DNA of 25,927 nt from Promethearchaeota archaeon (GTDB lineage: Archaea; Asgardarchaeota; Lokiarchaeia; Sigyniarchaeales; SOKP01), in contig JBHLPW010000064.1 of NCBI GenBank assembly GCA_048939015.1, positions 1 through 25,927 on the forward strand, written 5' to 3'. Below are positions 9,201-18,388 of the stretch, piece by piece; position 1 is the stretch's first letter, and each line of letters begins with the position of its first letter. The position numbers and the translations under genes were made by a program. Below the pieces are notes generated by a model. It saw only the letters and a program-made list of their open reading frames with translations. It did not search any database and was not told the origin of the DNA.

Positions 9201-10397
9201 ATGGCAAAAGTTAATCTAGAACATTTAGAAGAGCAATTAGATGCTCTTAAAAATGATGGTATTCCAGAAGATTTAATAGAAAAAATTAGAGATAAATTAA
9301 TTGATGAAGATTTAGAAGAGGAACAACTTGAATATTTATTGAACAAAATCTATATCAATTTTACTAATGCTCTTGTAGAAACTTCAGAACCAGTAGGTAC
9401 TGTTGCTGCACAATCAATTGGCGAACCTGGTACTCAAATGACATTAAGAACCTTTCATTACGCAGGAGTAGAGGAGTTTTCTGTAACCCAAGGATTACCT
9501 AGGCTTATTGAGATAGTTGATGCAAGACGTTTTCCTAGTACACCACAAATGACTATCTACCTTGAAAGTCCTTATAGCGATAGTGAAGAAAAAGCGATTG
9601 ATGTCCATAATCGTATAGAGCAAATACGTATAGAACAAATAACTCATGATGTTGATTTAGATTTTGTAAATTGGAATATTGTAATAAATCTCATACCTGA
9701 AATTTGTGAGAAAAAAGGAATTGAAATCAATGAAATTCCTGAAATTTTGAAAAGATATAAAAAGAAGGGAACTATTAAACATGAAGGAACTTCTATAATT
9801 ATTGATCCAGGGATAGAAGATTTACAAAGTTTGCAAAAATTAAGAGAGAAGATACTTAAAAAAGTTGTAAAGGGGATTAGGGGAGTTAAGAGAGGATTAC
9901 TAACACCTTCTGATGATGGTAAGGAATGGATAATTAAAACTGAAGGTACAAATATGCAAAGTGTTATTCAAATCGAAGGTGTAGATATAACGAGAACTGT
10001 CTCAAACCATATTCATGAAATCGAGAAACTTTATGGTGTAGAAGCAGCTCGTCAAATGATTATTTTAGAATCCCAAAAAGTTTTAGAACAACAAGGATTA
10101 GACGTAGATTTAAGACATCTTTTAATTTTAGCAGATCTGATGTGCTATTCTGGGTCAATTCAATCTATAGGAAGGCATGGAATCTCAGGTTCTAAATCAA
10201 GTGTATTTGCCAGAGCTGCTTTTGAAGTAACCGTTAACCAATTGCTTGATGCGGGACTTTACGGAGAAGAAGAACGCTTACTTGGCATTCCTGAAAATGT
10301 AATTGTAGGTCAAATAAGCCCAATCGGTTCAGGGCGGGTAGCTGTGATGTTTGATCTTGACGCTAATTTAGATATATTGAAAAAGAAAAAAAAATGA
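9201..10397 (+). CDS. rpoA2: DNA-directed RNA polymerase subunit A'' (Rpo1C)
   Basis: Trigger-loop [40 protein letters not shown]. Directly follows rpoA1. Confidence 0.99.
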   Translation: MAKVNLEHLEEQLDALKNDGIPEDLIEKIRDKLIDEDLEEEQLEYLLNKIYINFTNALVETSEPVGTVAAQSIGEPGTQMTLRTFHYAGVEEFSVTQGLPRLIEIVDARRFPSTPQMTIYLESPYSDSEEKAIDVHNRIEQIRIEQITHDVDLDFVNWNIVINLIPEICEKKGIEINEIPEILKRYKKKGTIKHEGTSIIIDPGIEDLQSLQKLREKILKKVVKGIRGVKRGLLTPSDDGKEWIIKTEGTNMQSVIQIEGVDITRTVSNHIHEIEKLYGVEAARQMIILESQKVLEQQGLDVDLRHLLILADLMCYSGSIQSIGRHGISGSKSSVFARAAFEVTVNQLLDAGLYGEEERLLGIPENVIVGQISPIGSGRVAVMFDLDANLDILKKKKK

Positions 10398-10515
10398 ATT
10401 AATTAACTAAAAATTTTAATTAGGATAAAATTAGATAATTATTCTAAAGAAAAAATTAATAATTAAAAAAGCATTATTCTTATTACTTAATATATAGTTA
10501 CTGATTGAAATTTTT

Positions 10516-10890
10516 ATGGCAAAGAGAAAAGATAAGGCTGTCGTTGAGAAATTGGATCTAAGTAGGAAAAAAACTAAGGAATTTGATATTGATACTAATC
10601 TCAAAGTTGTTTATAAAACAGGAAAAATTGTATATGGAAAAAATCAAGTATTGAAGAATTTAAAAAGAGAAAATCTCTTTAAAATGCTTATAATTAGTAA
10701 TAATTGCCCTATAGAATTAATGAATCAATTAAATCATTACAATTCTCTGTTAAATAATCAAATCTTTATCTATAAATACAAGGGCTCAAGTTGGGATTTG
10801 GGCCTGGCCTGTGCCAAACCTTACATGATTTCTATTATTGGTATTATTGATTTTGGAGATTCAGATTTGATTTCTTTAAGAACTAAATGA
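10516..10890 (+). CDS. rpl30e: 50S ribosomal protein L30e (eL30)
   Basis: KTGKIVYG, SNNCP, LGLACAKPY, IIDFGDSD. Canonical position after rpoA2. Confidence 0.96.
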   Translation: MAKRKDKAVVEKLDLSRKKTKEFDIDTNLKVVYKTGKIVYGKNQVLKNLKRENLFKMLIISNNCPIELMNQLNHYNSLLNNQIFIYKYKGSSWDLGLACAKPYMISIIGIIDFGDSDLISLRTK

Positions 10891-10917
10891 ATTTAACAAC
10901 GCATACTAAGATCTTAT

Positions 10918-11394
10918 ATGTTAAAAAAGAATATTAAAATTGATCGGGACGCAATGGAACTAATTTCTCTATTCAATAACATTTCTGGTGCTATAATAAA
11001 AGATTGTTTGATTTTTAAAACACCTGAGAATAGATCGGAAATCATTATTTTTTTAGTAAAAGAAGAGGACGTGGGCAAAGCTATTGGAAAAGCAGGGGAA
11101 CATGTTAAAGATTTAAAATCAAAACTTCAAAAGAAGATAGATGTTATTGCATTTTCCGAGAATCTAAATAAATTCATTCAAAATATTCTACAGACCTCCA
11201 AAAATTCTATAATGGTCCAAAATATTGAAATTAAAGAAAGTAGAAATCTAAAAAAGACGGTAATAATAACTGTAAGGCCCCAAGATCGTGGAAAAGCAAT
11301 TGGAAAAGACGGTTCTATGATAAGAAAAATCAAAGAATTGGTGTTGAGGTATTTCGAAGTAGATAATGTAATAATCAACACTAAAAATGTTTGA
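10918..11394 (+). CDS. nusA: Archaeal NusA (two KH domains)
   Basis: Two KH GxxG loops, GKAIGKAG and GKAIGKDG. Canonical position after rpl30e. Confidence 0.96.
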   Translation: MLKKNIKIDRDAMELISLFNNISGAIIKDCLIFKTPENRSEIIIFLVKEEDVGKAIGKAGEHVKDLKSKLQKKIDVIAFSENLNKFIQNILQTSKNSIMVQNIEIKESRNLKKTVIITVRPQDRGKAIGKDGSMIRKIKELVLRYFEVDNVIINTKNV

Positions 11395-11446
11395 TTTTTA
11401 TTTCATTATATAAACTATTAATTTTATCTTTAAATCCTCATTTGTA

Positions 11447-12718
11447 GTGATTCAGATTTCAAAATTAAAATTGTATGATGAAAATGCTGCCCTTAATCAT
11501 GTTAAATCACTAGCTTTTACACGTCTAGCTGCAACAGATGGAGAAATTAAAACTACTAACTATATTAGAAAAGAGTTAGATAAAGAGAATATTGAAATAA
11601 ACGAAGAGTCCTTCAAATGGACTAAAACTTCCTCTAAACTGAGGAAATTGATATTTCTTTGGATTTTCATTGTATTAACAATTGATGAAATATTATTATT
11701 CATTCCCACTTTTACTTGGATAATTCTCCCACTCTATGGGCTTTTTTTTACAGGCTTAATTTTAATAGGTAAAATTGCTTATGATTACACTAAATCTATA
11801 TATATAGGTAAAAAAAAAGAGTCAAAAAATATTATAACCACAATTCAAGCAAAAGATTTATATCCAAAAAGGCCTGTTATCATATTTTCTGCTCACCACG
11901 ATTCAGTTTCTTCAAATTTCGCATATAATATGATCAAACCATTATATATTTCTATGATATTACTATTCCTCTCATCTCTACTTTTGAACTTAATTATTTC
12001 TATTTGGTCAATTATAGTAGCGTTTAGGACAATACAAATTGATAGTGTGTATATATGGATAAGAAACATATCACTATTCATTGGGATTATTCTACTTACA
12101 GAAATTTTTATAAATTTCTTCAGTAAAAAGACCAACAAATCTTTCGGTTCAATAGATAATGCCTCAGGCGTATCAATACTCATCGAATTAGCGAAATTAA
12201 TCAAAAAAAATCCACTTGAAAAAACAGATGTTATCTTTTTATGGTGTGGAGCTGAAGAAATGGGACTCTGGGGGTCGAAACAATATTGTAATAACCATTT
12301 TGAAGAATTAGATTATGATTATAATTTAGCTAAATCATATAATATCAATATTGATATGGTTGGAACAAACACTAGCATTGTTTACGAAACTGGATTAATT
12401 AAGAAAAAGAATCTAAACAAGGATTTAAATATAGTACTAGAAGCATCAGCTATTCAACAGAAATTACTCTTAAAGAAAACTAATTTAGCTTTTGGAACTG
12501 GTAGTGATCATTTGACATTTCGAGCTTTTACAAAAAAGGCAGAAAAGAAAGATTTTCAGATTGGCTGTTTCTTTTCGAAAGATGATTCAAAATTTGTACA
12601 CTCAAAAAAAGATACTCCTGATAAATGCTCTGCTACTTATTTAAATGCGTGTATCGATATTTGTTATAATGCTATAAAAAGCCTTGATCTACGAGTAGAT
12701 TTATCATTTCAAAAGTAG
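11447..12718 (+). CDS. Membrane-anchored M28 family zinc peptidase
   Basis: SAHHDS, DNASG, AEEMG, DMVG, SDH and VHSxxD motifs with two inserted transmembrane hairpins. The true start may be ATT at 11456. Confidence 0.9.
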   Translation: MIQISKLKLYDENAALNHVKSLAFTRLAATDGEIKTTNYIRKELDKENIEINEESFKWTKTSSKLRKLIFLWIFIVLTIDEILLFIPTFTWIILPLYGLFFTGLILIGKIAYDYTKSIYIGKKKESKNIITTIQAKDLYPKRPVIIFSAHHDSVSSNFAYNMIKPLYISMILLFLSSLLLNLIISIWSIIVAFRTIQIDSVYIWIRNISLFIGIILLTEIFINFFSKKTNKSFGSIDNASGVSILIELAKLIKKNPLEKTDVIFLWCGAEEMGLWGSKQYCNNHFEELDYDYNLAKSYNINIDMVGTNTSIVYETGLIKKKNLNKDLNIVLEASAIQQKLLLKKTNLAFGTGSDHLTFRAFTKKAEKKDFQIGCFFSKDDSKFVHSKKDTPDKCSATYLNACIDICYNAIKSLDLRVDLSFQK

Positions 12719-12792
12719 TAATTTTTCATTATATACATAAATTTTAAGTTTAAAGATTCATTTTTTCTACTACTTAAGTTTAAAAAAACAAG

Positions 12793-13233
12793 GTGTTATA
12801 CATAGCTCCTAAAGGATTATATGCCGCAAGAAAACTTAAAATTAATCGAAAGAAATTTCGATGGTCTAAAACAAAATATAAAAGAAGAAAACTTCAATTA
12901 AAGAAGAAAGTAGATCCTTTGGAAGGATCATGCCAAGCTCTTGGAATTGTCCTACAAAAAGTTGGTAGAGAGAGTAAGCAGCCTAACTCCGCAATTAGAA
13001 AATGTGTAAGAGTACAATTAAAAAAGAATGGAAAAGGGGTGACTGCTTTCCTTCCTGGAGATGGTGCTTTAAACTTTATAGAAGAACATGATAGAGTTAT
13101 TGTAGAAGGTATTGGTGGAGCAAAGGGAAGGAGTATTGGGGATCTTCCAGGAGTACGTTATAAGGTTGTAAAAGTAAACGGCGTCAGCTTAGATGCTTTG
13201 TTGCAAGGAAAGAAGGAAAAGCCACTACGTTAA
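12793..13233 (+). CDS. rps12: 30S ribosomal protein S12 (uS12)
   Basis: [15 protein letters not shown] and [18 protein letters not shown]. The true start is probably ATA at 12802 (see findings). Confidence 0.98.
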   Translation: MLYIAPKGLYAARKLKINRKKFRWSKTKYKRRKLQLKKKVDPLEGSCQALGIVLQKVGRESKQPNSAIRKCVRVQLKKNGKGVTAFLPGDGALNFIEEHDRVIVEGIGGAKGRSIGDLPGVRYKVVKVNGVSLDALLQGKKEKPLR

Positions 13234-13251
13234 TCATTGAGGTAAGAGATA

Positions 13252-13869
13252 ATGAGTAAAACAAATAATGAAGTCAAATTGTTTAATAAATGGTCATTTT
13301 TAGATATAAATATTAGTGATATGACCCTTGAGAATTATATTAATTTAAAACCTATTATAGTGCCTCATTCTGCAGGGAGACATGAACATAAAAGGTTTTG
13401 GAAAACTTCTAAAGTTTCAGTTATTGAACGATTTTCGAATAGATTACTATCTCCCGGTTTTATTGGAAGTAAGATTAAGGGTCATAAGAGTTCCTATCAT
13501 TCTGGTAAGAAAAGTAAACTAATGAGGAGTTTAAAAAACGCTTTTACCTTGATCGAATTAAATACAGGACAAAATCCAATTCAAGTTTTAGTAGATGCGA
13601 TCTGTAACTCTGCACCTCGAGAAGAAACGACAAAAATTGCAATGGGTGGGATATCGTACGCGTCGGCGGTAGATATAGCCCCTCAGCGCCGAGTCGACCT
13701 TGCTATCAAATACATTGTTCAGGCAATTGGAGCCCGTTCACATTCAAATGTTAAAATGTTTGAGGAAAATCTAGCTCAAGAATTAATAATGGCTGCTAAC
13801 AATAGTCAAGAATCACGTGCTGTAAAGCGTAAGGATGAAATTGAAAGAATTGCAGTCTCTGCAAGATAA
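13252..13869 (+). CDS. rps7: 30S ribosomal protein S7 (uS7)
   Basis: PHSAGR, NPIQVLVDA, APREET, VDIAPQRRVD, KDEIERIA. GAGGT SD; follows rps12. Confidence 0.98.
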   Translation: MSKTNNEVKLFNKWSFLDINISDMTLENYINLKPIIVPHSAGRHEHKRFWKTSKVSVIERFSNRLLSPGFIGSKIKGHKSSYHSGKKSKLMRSLKNAFTLIELNTGQNPIQVLVDAICNSAPREETTKIAMGGISYASAVDIAPQRRVDLAIKYIVQAIGARSHSNVKMFEENLAQELIMAANNSQESRAVKRKDEIERIAVSAR

Positions 13870-13924
13870 ATAATTCAAAATATTATTAAAAAATCACTTT
13901 TAAAAATAAAATATATTAGTTATT

Positions 13925-13962
13925 ATAAGGAGTATTCCATATCTTCTCCTTATCAGCTTTTT
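13925..13962 (+). terminator. Hairpin plus T-run after rps7 (putative terminator)
   Basis: Perfect 8-bp inverted repeat ATAAGGAG (13925-13932) / CTCCTTAT (13946-13953), followed by CAGCTTTTT. Confidence 0.4.
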
Positions 13963-14128
13963 CTATACATTATTTTTACTTAAGTTTTATTTGTAGCATT
14001 AAATACTTCATTTGTTTACCATTTCATTTTAAATAACATTCAAAAATTTAAGGAATATAGGGTTATGATAGTTCTGTTTCTTCACAGTTGATAAGGAAAA
14101 TTGACCAAATTTAAGGAGGTTATTAGTA

Positions 14129-14284
14129 ATTAAAACGCTTAAAAAAAGGGAATGGTTGGCTAATAATAAAAAATTAAGAGAAATGAGTCCAAAGAAATAT
14201 TACAAGGAGAATTTTAAAGAAATTGTTCAAGAAATTCAAAAAAATGCTAGAGAGAAAGAATGTCATTATTTAGACAATATTTAA
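14129..14284 (+). CDS. Putative 51-aa basic small protein with ATT start (33 aa if started at ATG 14183)
   Basis: Frame open from 14105 to TAA at 14282-14284. AAGGAGGT SD at 14113-14120, 8 nt before ATT. Protein: (M)KTLKKREWLANNKKLREMSPKKYYKENFKEIVQEIQKNAREKECHYLDNI. Confidence 0.5.
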   Translation: MKTLKKREWLANNKKLREMSPKKYYKENFKEIVQEIQKNAREKECHYLDNI

Positions 14285-14378
14285 TCCTAAAAAGTAGAAA
14301 AGGATTCTTAATTAAAATTGATAAAAATTTGCGAATGATCTCAAAATATTTCATTATATATATTAGATATAAGATTTT

Positions 14379-15872
14379 CTAGAGTTTTTCAGAATACCAT
14401 AATGCAGTTCCTATAAACGCTGCTAGAAGGGAATAACCTATAAAAAACATAGATATTGAAAATTCATGAGATCGAAAAACTACAGCTTGTAAAATCATCA
14501 TTATATAAGTTGTCACTAGAAAAACACTCCAAGAAAATAGAACCTTAGTGTTAAGTGGTTTTTTCATCATAAAATTAGCGATTAAAGCTACAATTGCATA
14601 TAATATAATGATTAACAGAGGTATTGGAATCCAGTAGCCTTGAGACCAAAAACTTAAGAATAAAAGTGAAGAAAAAATAATGAAGAAATTAATGTAATAT
14701 AGTATACGTCTGGGTAAATCCTTTGTTTGATCTATTTTATACCATAAAATACCGAAAGAAATAAATAGAATCCAAGCAATAATCATATCTAAAATTTTTT
14801 CCGGTCCAAAACCGATAAAAATACTATAATGAGTACCCCAATAAGCAGTTATCATACCATACCCTAAAATTTGGGTTAATAAAATATGATATGTTGATTT
14901 TCCGATTAAAGTAATGGCTCTTGAAATTCCCAGTTCTGATTTTTGAGGTAGAAATTTCATTGCCAGTAAAAATAAAAACGCTGAATACGGGAAAATTAGA
15001 AAATGATAATCTCCTAAAAACAATGGATTACCTTCGTATCTAAATCTAAAACCAAAAAACTGACGTTCAATCATATATATTAGACTTATTGGGAATAATA
15101 TCCACATAAAATTATTCCATTTACTTTTTATTCTATAATCAAATGAGAACCACATACCTAAGCCAATTCCAGAAATATAAAAAAAGACACTATTCATTAA
15201 GGCGCCTAATATATGTGCTTCTTCCCAAGATGTAATTTCTCCAATAAAGAAAAATGCAATAAATTGCATTGAGATTTCAATAATAAAACATGCTACTAAA
15301 GATAAACTCGGATCTTTCGCGAATGCTTTATAAAGTAGTGGGACAACTATAATAGATTGAAGCAATAATGGAATAAACCAATTACCTGGCCCCCAGAATA
15401 CCATGATTCCTGTGAATAAATTTATAATCCCATGATTTGGATAATATTGAGTATTATACATTGCGATAAAATCAAAATTATACATAATTAAACCGATTAA
15501 TGTAGAGGCCGTATATAAAACAAGGAATGGCACAATATAACGCATTATTTTCTTTTTGAAATAAGTCCAAGAATACAATTCCCTTAATGTATTTGCTCCA
15601 TTTTTTTGAAATGAGCGTCCCATATTAAATCCCAATATTACCAAAAATACTGGAATAGAGATTCTTTCCCATAATATAACACCGATTTGGTTTTTAATAT
15701 CCCAATAAACCATATGATCAAATATAACTAAAAAAATCATTACGGCTTTTAAGAAGTCTACTTGGAAATAATTTTCACGATTAACCTCTAAATTTTCTTT
15801 TTCAGGTTTTACTATTAATGATTCACTAATCGACGTTTTATTTTCCATTGGAAATTCTTCTTTTTTAATCAT
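14379..15872 (-). CDS. Family-3 (OafA-like) membrane O-acyltransferase, paralog 1
   Basis: QVDFLKAVMIFLVIFDH (DxLRxxAxxxVxxxH type), IPVFLVILGF, NWFI, IGKSTYHILLTQ. Extra C-terminal TM helices. Confidence 0.88.
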   Translation of the reverse strand: MIKKEEFPMENKTSISESLIVKPEKENLEVNRENYFQVDFLKAVMIFLVIFDHMVYWDIKNQIGVILWERISIPVFLVILGFNMGRSFQKNGANTLRELYSWTYFKKKIMRYIVPFLVLYTASTLIGLIMYNFDFIAMYNTQYYPNHGIINLFTGIMVFWGPGNWFIPLLLQSIIVVPLLYKAFAKDPSLSLVACFIIEISMQFIAFFFIGEITSWEEAHILGALMNSVFFYISGIGLGMWFSFDYRIKSKWNNFMWILFPISLIYMIERQFFGFRFRYEGNPLFLGDYHFLIFPYSAFLFLLAMKFLPQKSELGISRAITLIGKSTYHILLTQILGYGMITAYWGTHYSIFIGFGPEKILDMIIAWILFISFGILWYKIDQTKDLPRRILYYINFFIIFSSLLFLSFWSQGYWIPIPLLIIILYAIVALIANFMMKKPLNTKVLFSWSVFLVTTYIMMILQAVVFRSHEFSISMFFIGYSLLAAFIGTALWYSEKL

Positions 15873-16014
15873 AATATTAATACTACTAACTATATTCCAA
15901 ATTTTTACATGAAGAAATTATAAATTATTTTTTACTTTAACCAAATCTTCAATAAAAAGTACAATTAATTTCTCTTTAAAAAAAATTAGAAAAAAAAAAA
16001 TTTTTATCACAATA

Positions 16015-16689
16015 TTAAGATAGTTGAAATCCACAAAATACACAATATTTAGCTTCTGGTTTAGCTGGAGCTCTACATTGTGCACAAGTCTCAGTATATC
16101 CCTCAGCTTTAAATTTGATTTGAGGTGGAGATATTTGAATAACTTCTTCTTCACTTAAATTTAATCCACATTTAAAGCAATATTTTGGATTTCCTTTTAT
16201 TTTAGTTCCACAAGAAGGACAGGTCATTAAAATTCTTGTGCCACATTCTTGACAAAATCCTCCTTTTCTTGCAAAGATTTTTCCACATTTAGGGCAAAAT
16301 CGTACTTCTCCGGAGGTATATTCTAGAATAGTGGGGACTATCGCCAAAATTAGTAGAACCCCGATAGGAATCATAGGAATCCAATATTCACTAGGTACAA
16401 AAACTTTACCATATATAAGAGCAGCAAATGTGACAAGAACTATTGCAAAAATGGTCCAAACTCCAACAATCCCCATTTTAATTTTGCTATCAGATTTAAT
16501 ATCCATAAATGTAGCTGCAACAGATAAAACAAGTAGAATTCCAACAGGAATTACAGGAATCCAATAATCATAAGGTTCAAAAACCTCACCAAATATTAGA
16601 GCGAACATTACAATAGTAGTTATTCCAAAAATAACCCATAATCCTATAGTTCCTATCCTTATTTTTTTTTTTACTTCATTCCATGACAT
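16015..16689 (-). CDS. 4-TM membrane protein with three zinc ribbons (DZR-like)
   Basis: Two 60-aa repeats of a 2-TM unit, then CPKC/CQEC, CPSC/CFKC, CAQC/CVFC. AAGGT SD. Confidence 0.88.
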   Translation of the reverse strand: MSWNEVKKKIRIGTIGLWVIFGITTIVMFALIFGEVFEPYDYWIPVIPVGILLVLSVAATFMDIKSDSKIKMGIVGVWTIFAIVLVTFAALIYGKVFVPSEYWIPMIPIGVLLILAIVPTILEYTSGEVRFCPKCGKIFARKGGFCQECGTRILMTCPSCGTKIKGNPKYCFKCGLNLSEEEVIQISPPQIKFKAEGYTETCAQCRAPAKPEAKYCVFCGFQLS

Positions 16690-16761
16690 AAAATTACCTT
16701 TTCAAATAAATTTTAAATTTTATACTCGATGAAAAATAAATTTATTTTTACTTATAAATTT

Positions 16762-16778
16762 AAATTGGAGTCCAATTT
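16762..16778. promoter_or_regulatory. Palindromic operator candidate, copy 1
   Basis: AAATTGGA-G-TCCAATTT, a perfect 8-1-8 palindrome just upstream of the minus-strand TATA-like TTTATAA (16752-16758) of the zinc-ribbon gene. Confidence 0.65.
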
Positions 16779-16834
16779 TTCATATCTTTAAATTAAAGTA
16801 AAAAATAAAAAAAAATGAGATAAGTTTATAGAAA

Positions 16835-18313
16835 TTACCTAATTGTATAATCCAAAATTGTACCTATAGTTACAAAAATAAAAAATGTAAAAATAGATAT
16901 ATTTTGAGTAATATATACTGTAGGAGGGAGTATTGCGATGTATAGAAGAGTTATAAAAAACATGTAAGCAAGAAAGGAGGTCCAAAGAACTAATGTTGTT
17001 GTCCTAATAGGTTTTTTTAATGTAAACATAAGGATTAATGCCACTAAGCCATAAGTAAATATAAGAACCATCGGAAATGGAAACCAATCAATTCTAGGTA
17101 GATTTACTGTAACATACATGAAAAATACAAAGCATACAAAAATTAGGAAGAAATTCACATAATATAATATTCGTCTAGGTATATTTTTCTCTTGGTCTAT
17201 TTTATACCATAAAATCCCAAAGGAAGTAAATATAATCCAGCCATAAATTAAGTATAAAGCATCTATAAATGTGAATCCTGTATCAATAAGATAATGCGTA
17301 CCTCTAATAGCGGAAACTATCCCATAACCTAACATTTGAGTAAGTAAAATATGATAGGTAGAATTACTGATTAATGAAATCGCACGTGAAAGTTTGTTAT
17401 CTGACTTCTGAGGTAAAAGCATTATACCTAAGATAACAAGAACTGCTGAATATGGAAATACCAAGAAATGATAGTCTCCTCTAATAAGTGAAATACCACC
17501 AATCCGGAATCGAAAATCAAAGAATTGATATGCGATAATATAAGTTAGACTTATTGGGAATAAAACCCAAATGAATATATTTCTTTTTGAAAAGGGTTTT
17601 CGATTAAATGATAACCATAAACCTATTCCAATGGCAGAAAGATAGAACGGGAAGCTGGTCATAAATAGACTAAGGAGATGTGCCTCTTCCCAAGAAGTAA
17701 TATGTCCAATAACGAAAAAAACCGTTAATTGCAAAGCTATTTCAACAGCGAAGCATAAAATTAATGTTAAAACAGGTTTTTTTGTAAAAGCCCAATATAT
17801 TAATGGGAATAAGAGAATAGATCCGAAAATTACAGGAATGAACCAATTACCAGGACCCCAGAATGGTAAGATTCCAGTAAAAAGCTGGATAAAACCGTGT
17901 TCTGGATAATATTGACCATACCACATAGCAGTAATGTTAAACTGATATAAAATTAGCCCTGTTAATGTAGAAAATCCATATAAAACCAGAAATGGCACAA
18001 TATACCTTAAAATCTTCCCTTTAAAGTAACTCCATGAATATAATTCTTTCAATGATAAATCGCCTTTTTTTTGAAAAGAAACTCCCATATTAAATCCCAT
18101 AATCACTAAAAAAACAGGGATACATATTCTCTCCCAAAGTGAAACACCTATCTCATTCTTTACTCCCCAGGAAACCACATGATCGAATATAACTAAAAAA
18201 ATCATAGCAGTTTTTAGGAAATCTATTTGGAAAAAGCGTTCTCTACTTTCAACTAGTTTCTCTTTTTCTCTCTCAACTAAAACCAGTTGAGTAGTTTGAT
18301 TTCTTTTTGTCAT
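16835..18313 (-). CDS. Family-3 (OafA-like) membrane O-acyltransferase, paralog 2
   Basis: RFFQIDFLKTAMIFLVIFDH, WERICIPVFLVIMGFNMG, FWGPGNWFIP, STYHILLTQ. Colinear with 14379..15872. Confidence 0.88.
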   Translation of the reverse strand: MTKRNQTTQLVLVEREKEKLVESRERFFQIDFLKTAMIFLVIFDHVVSWGVKNEIGVSLWERICIPVFLVIMGFNMGVSFQKKGDLSLKELYSWSYFKGKILRYIVPFLVLYGFSTLTGLILYQFNITAMWYGQYYPEHGFIQLFTGILPFWGPGNWFIPVIFGSILLFPLIYWAFTKKPVLTLILCFAVEIALQLTVFFVIGHITSWEEAHLLSLFMTSFPFYLSAIGIGLWLSFNRKPFSKRNIFIWVLFPISLTYIIAYQFFDFRFRIGGISLIRGDYHFLVFPYSAVLVILGIMLLPQKSDNKLSRAISLISNSTYHILLTQMLGYGIVSAIRGTHYLIDTGFTFIDALYLIYGWIIFTSFGILWYKIDQEKNIPRRILYYVNFFLIFVCFVFFMYVTVNLPRIDWFPFPMVLIFTYGLVALILMFTLKKPIRTTTLVLWTSFLAYMFFITLLYIAILPPTVYITQNISIFTFFIFVTIGTILDYTIR

Positions 18314-18388
18314 TATTATTTTCCACTTTTATATTTTTTTTTAAAAAATTAATCCATAATCTGACTAATTTGTAATTTAAATATAACT

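Noticed and set aside
5096-9346. Short ORFs 5096..5302, 6262..6516, 6763..6945, 7894..8142, 8695..8883, 8887..9189, 9149..9346
   Set aside because: Antisense or out-of-frame shadows of well-supported genes, with no recognisable motifs.
10395-11394. TGA stops of rpoA2, rpl30e and nusA as possible selenocysteine or readthrough sites
   Set aside because: The proteins are complete at those positions, and further in-frame stops follow within a few codons.
14061-14106. SECIS/K-turn-like AUGA...GA pattern
   Set aside because: The upper helix is only 4 bp, there is no apical AA, and no in-frame UGA selenoprotein candidate is nearby.
14600-14650. YWIP similarity between the acyltransferase C-terminal extension and the zinc-ribbon protein repeat
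   Set aside because: A four-residue match in hydrophobic sequence, not retained in the second paralog (DWFP).
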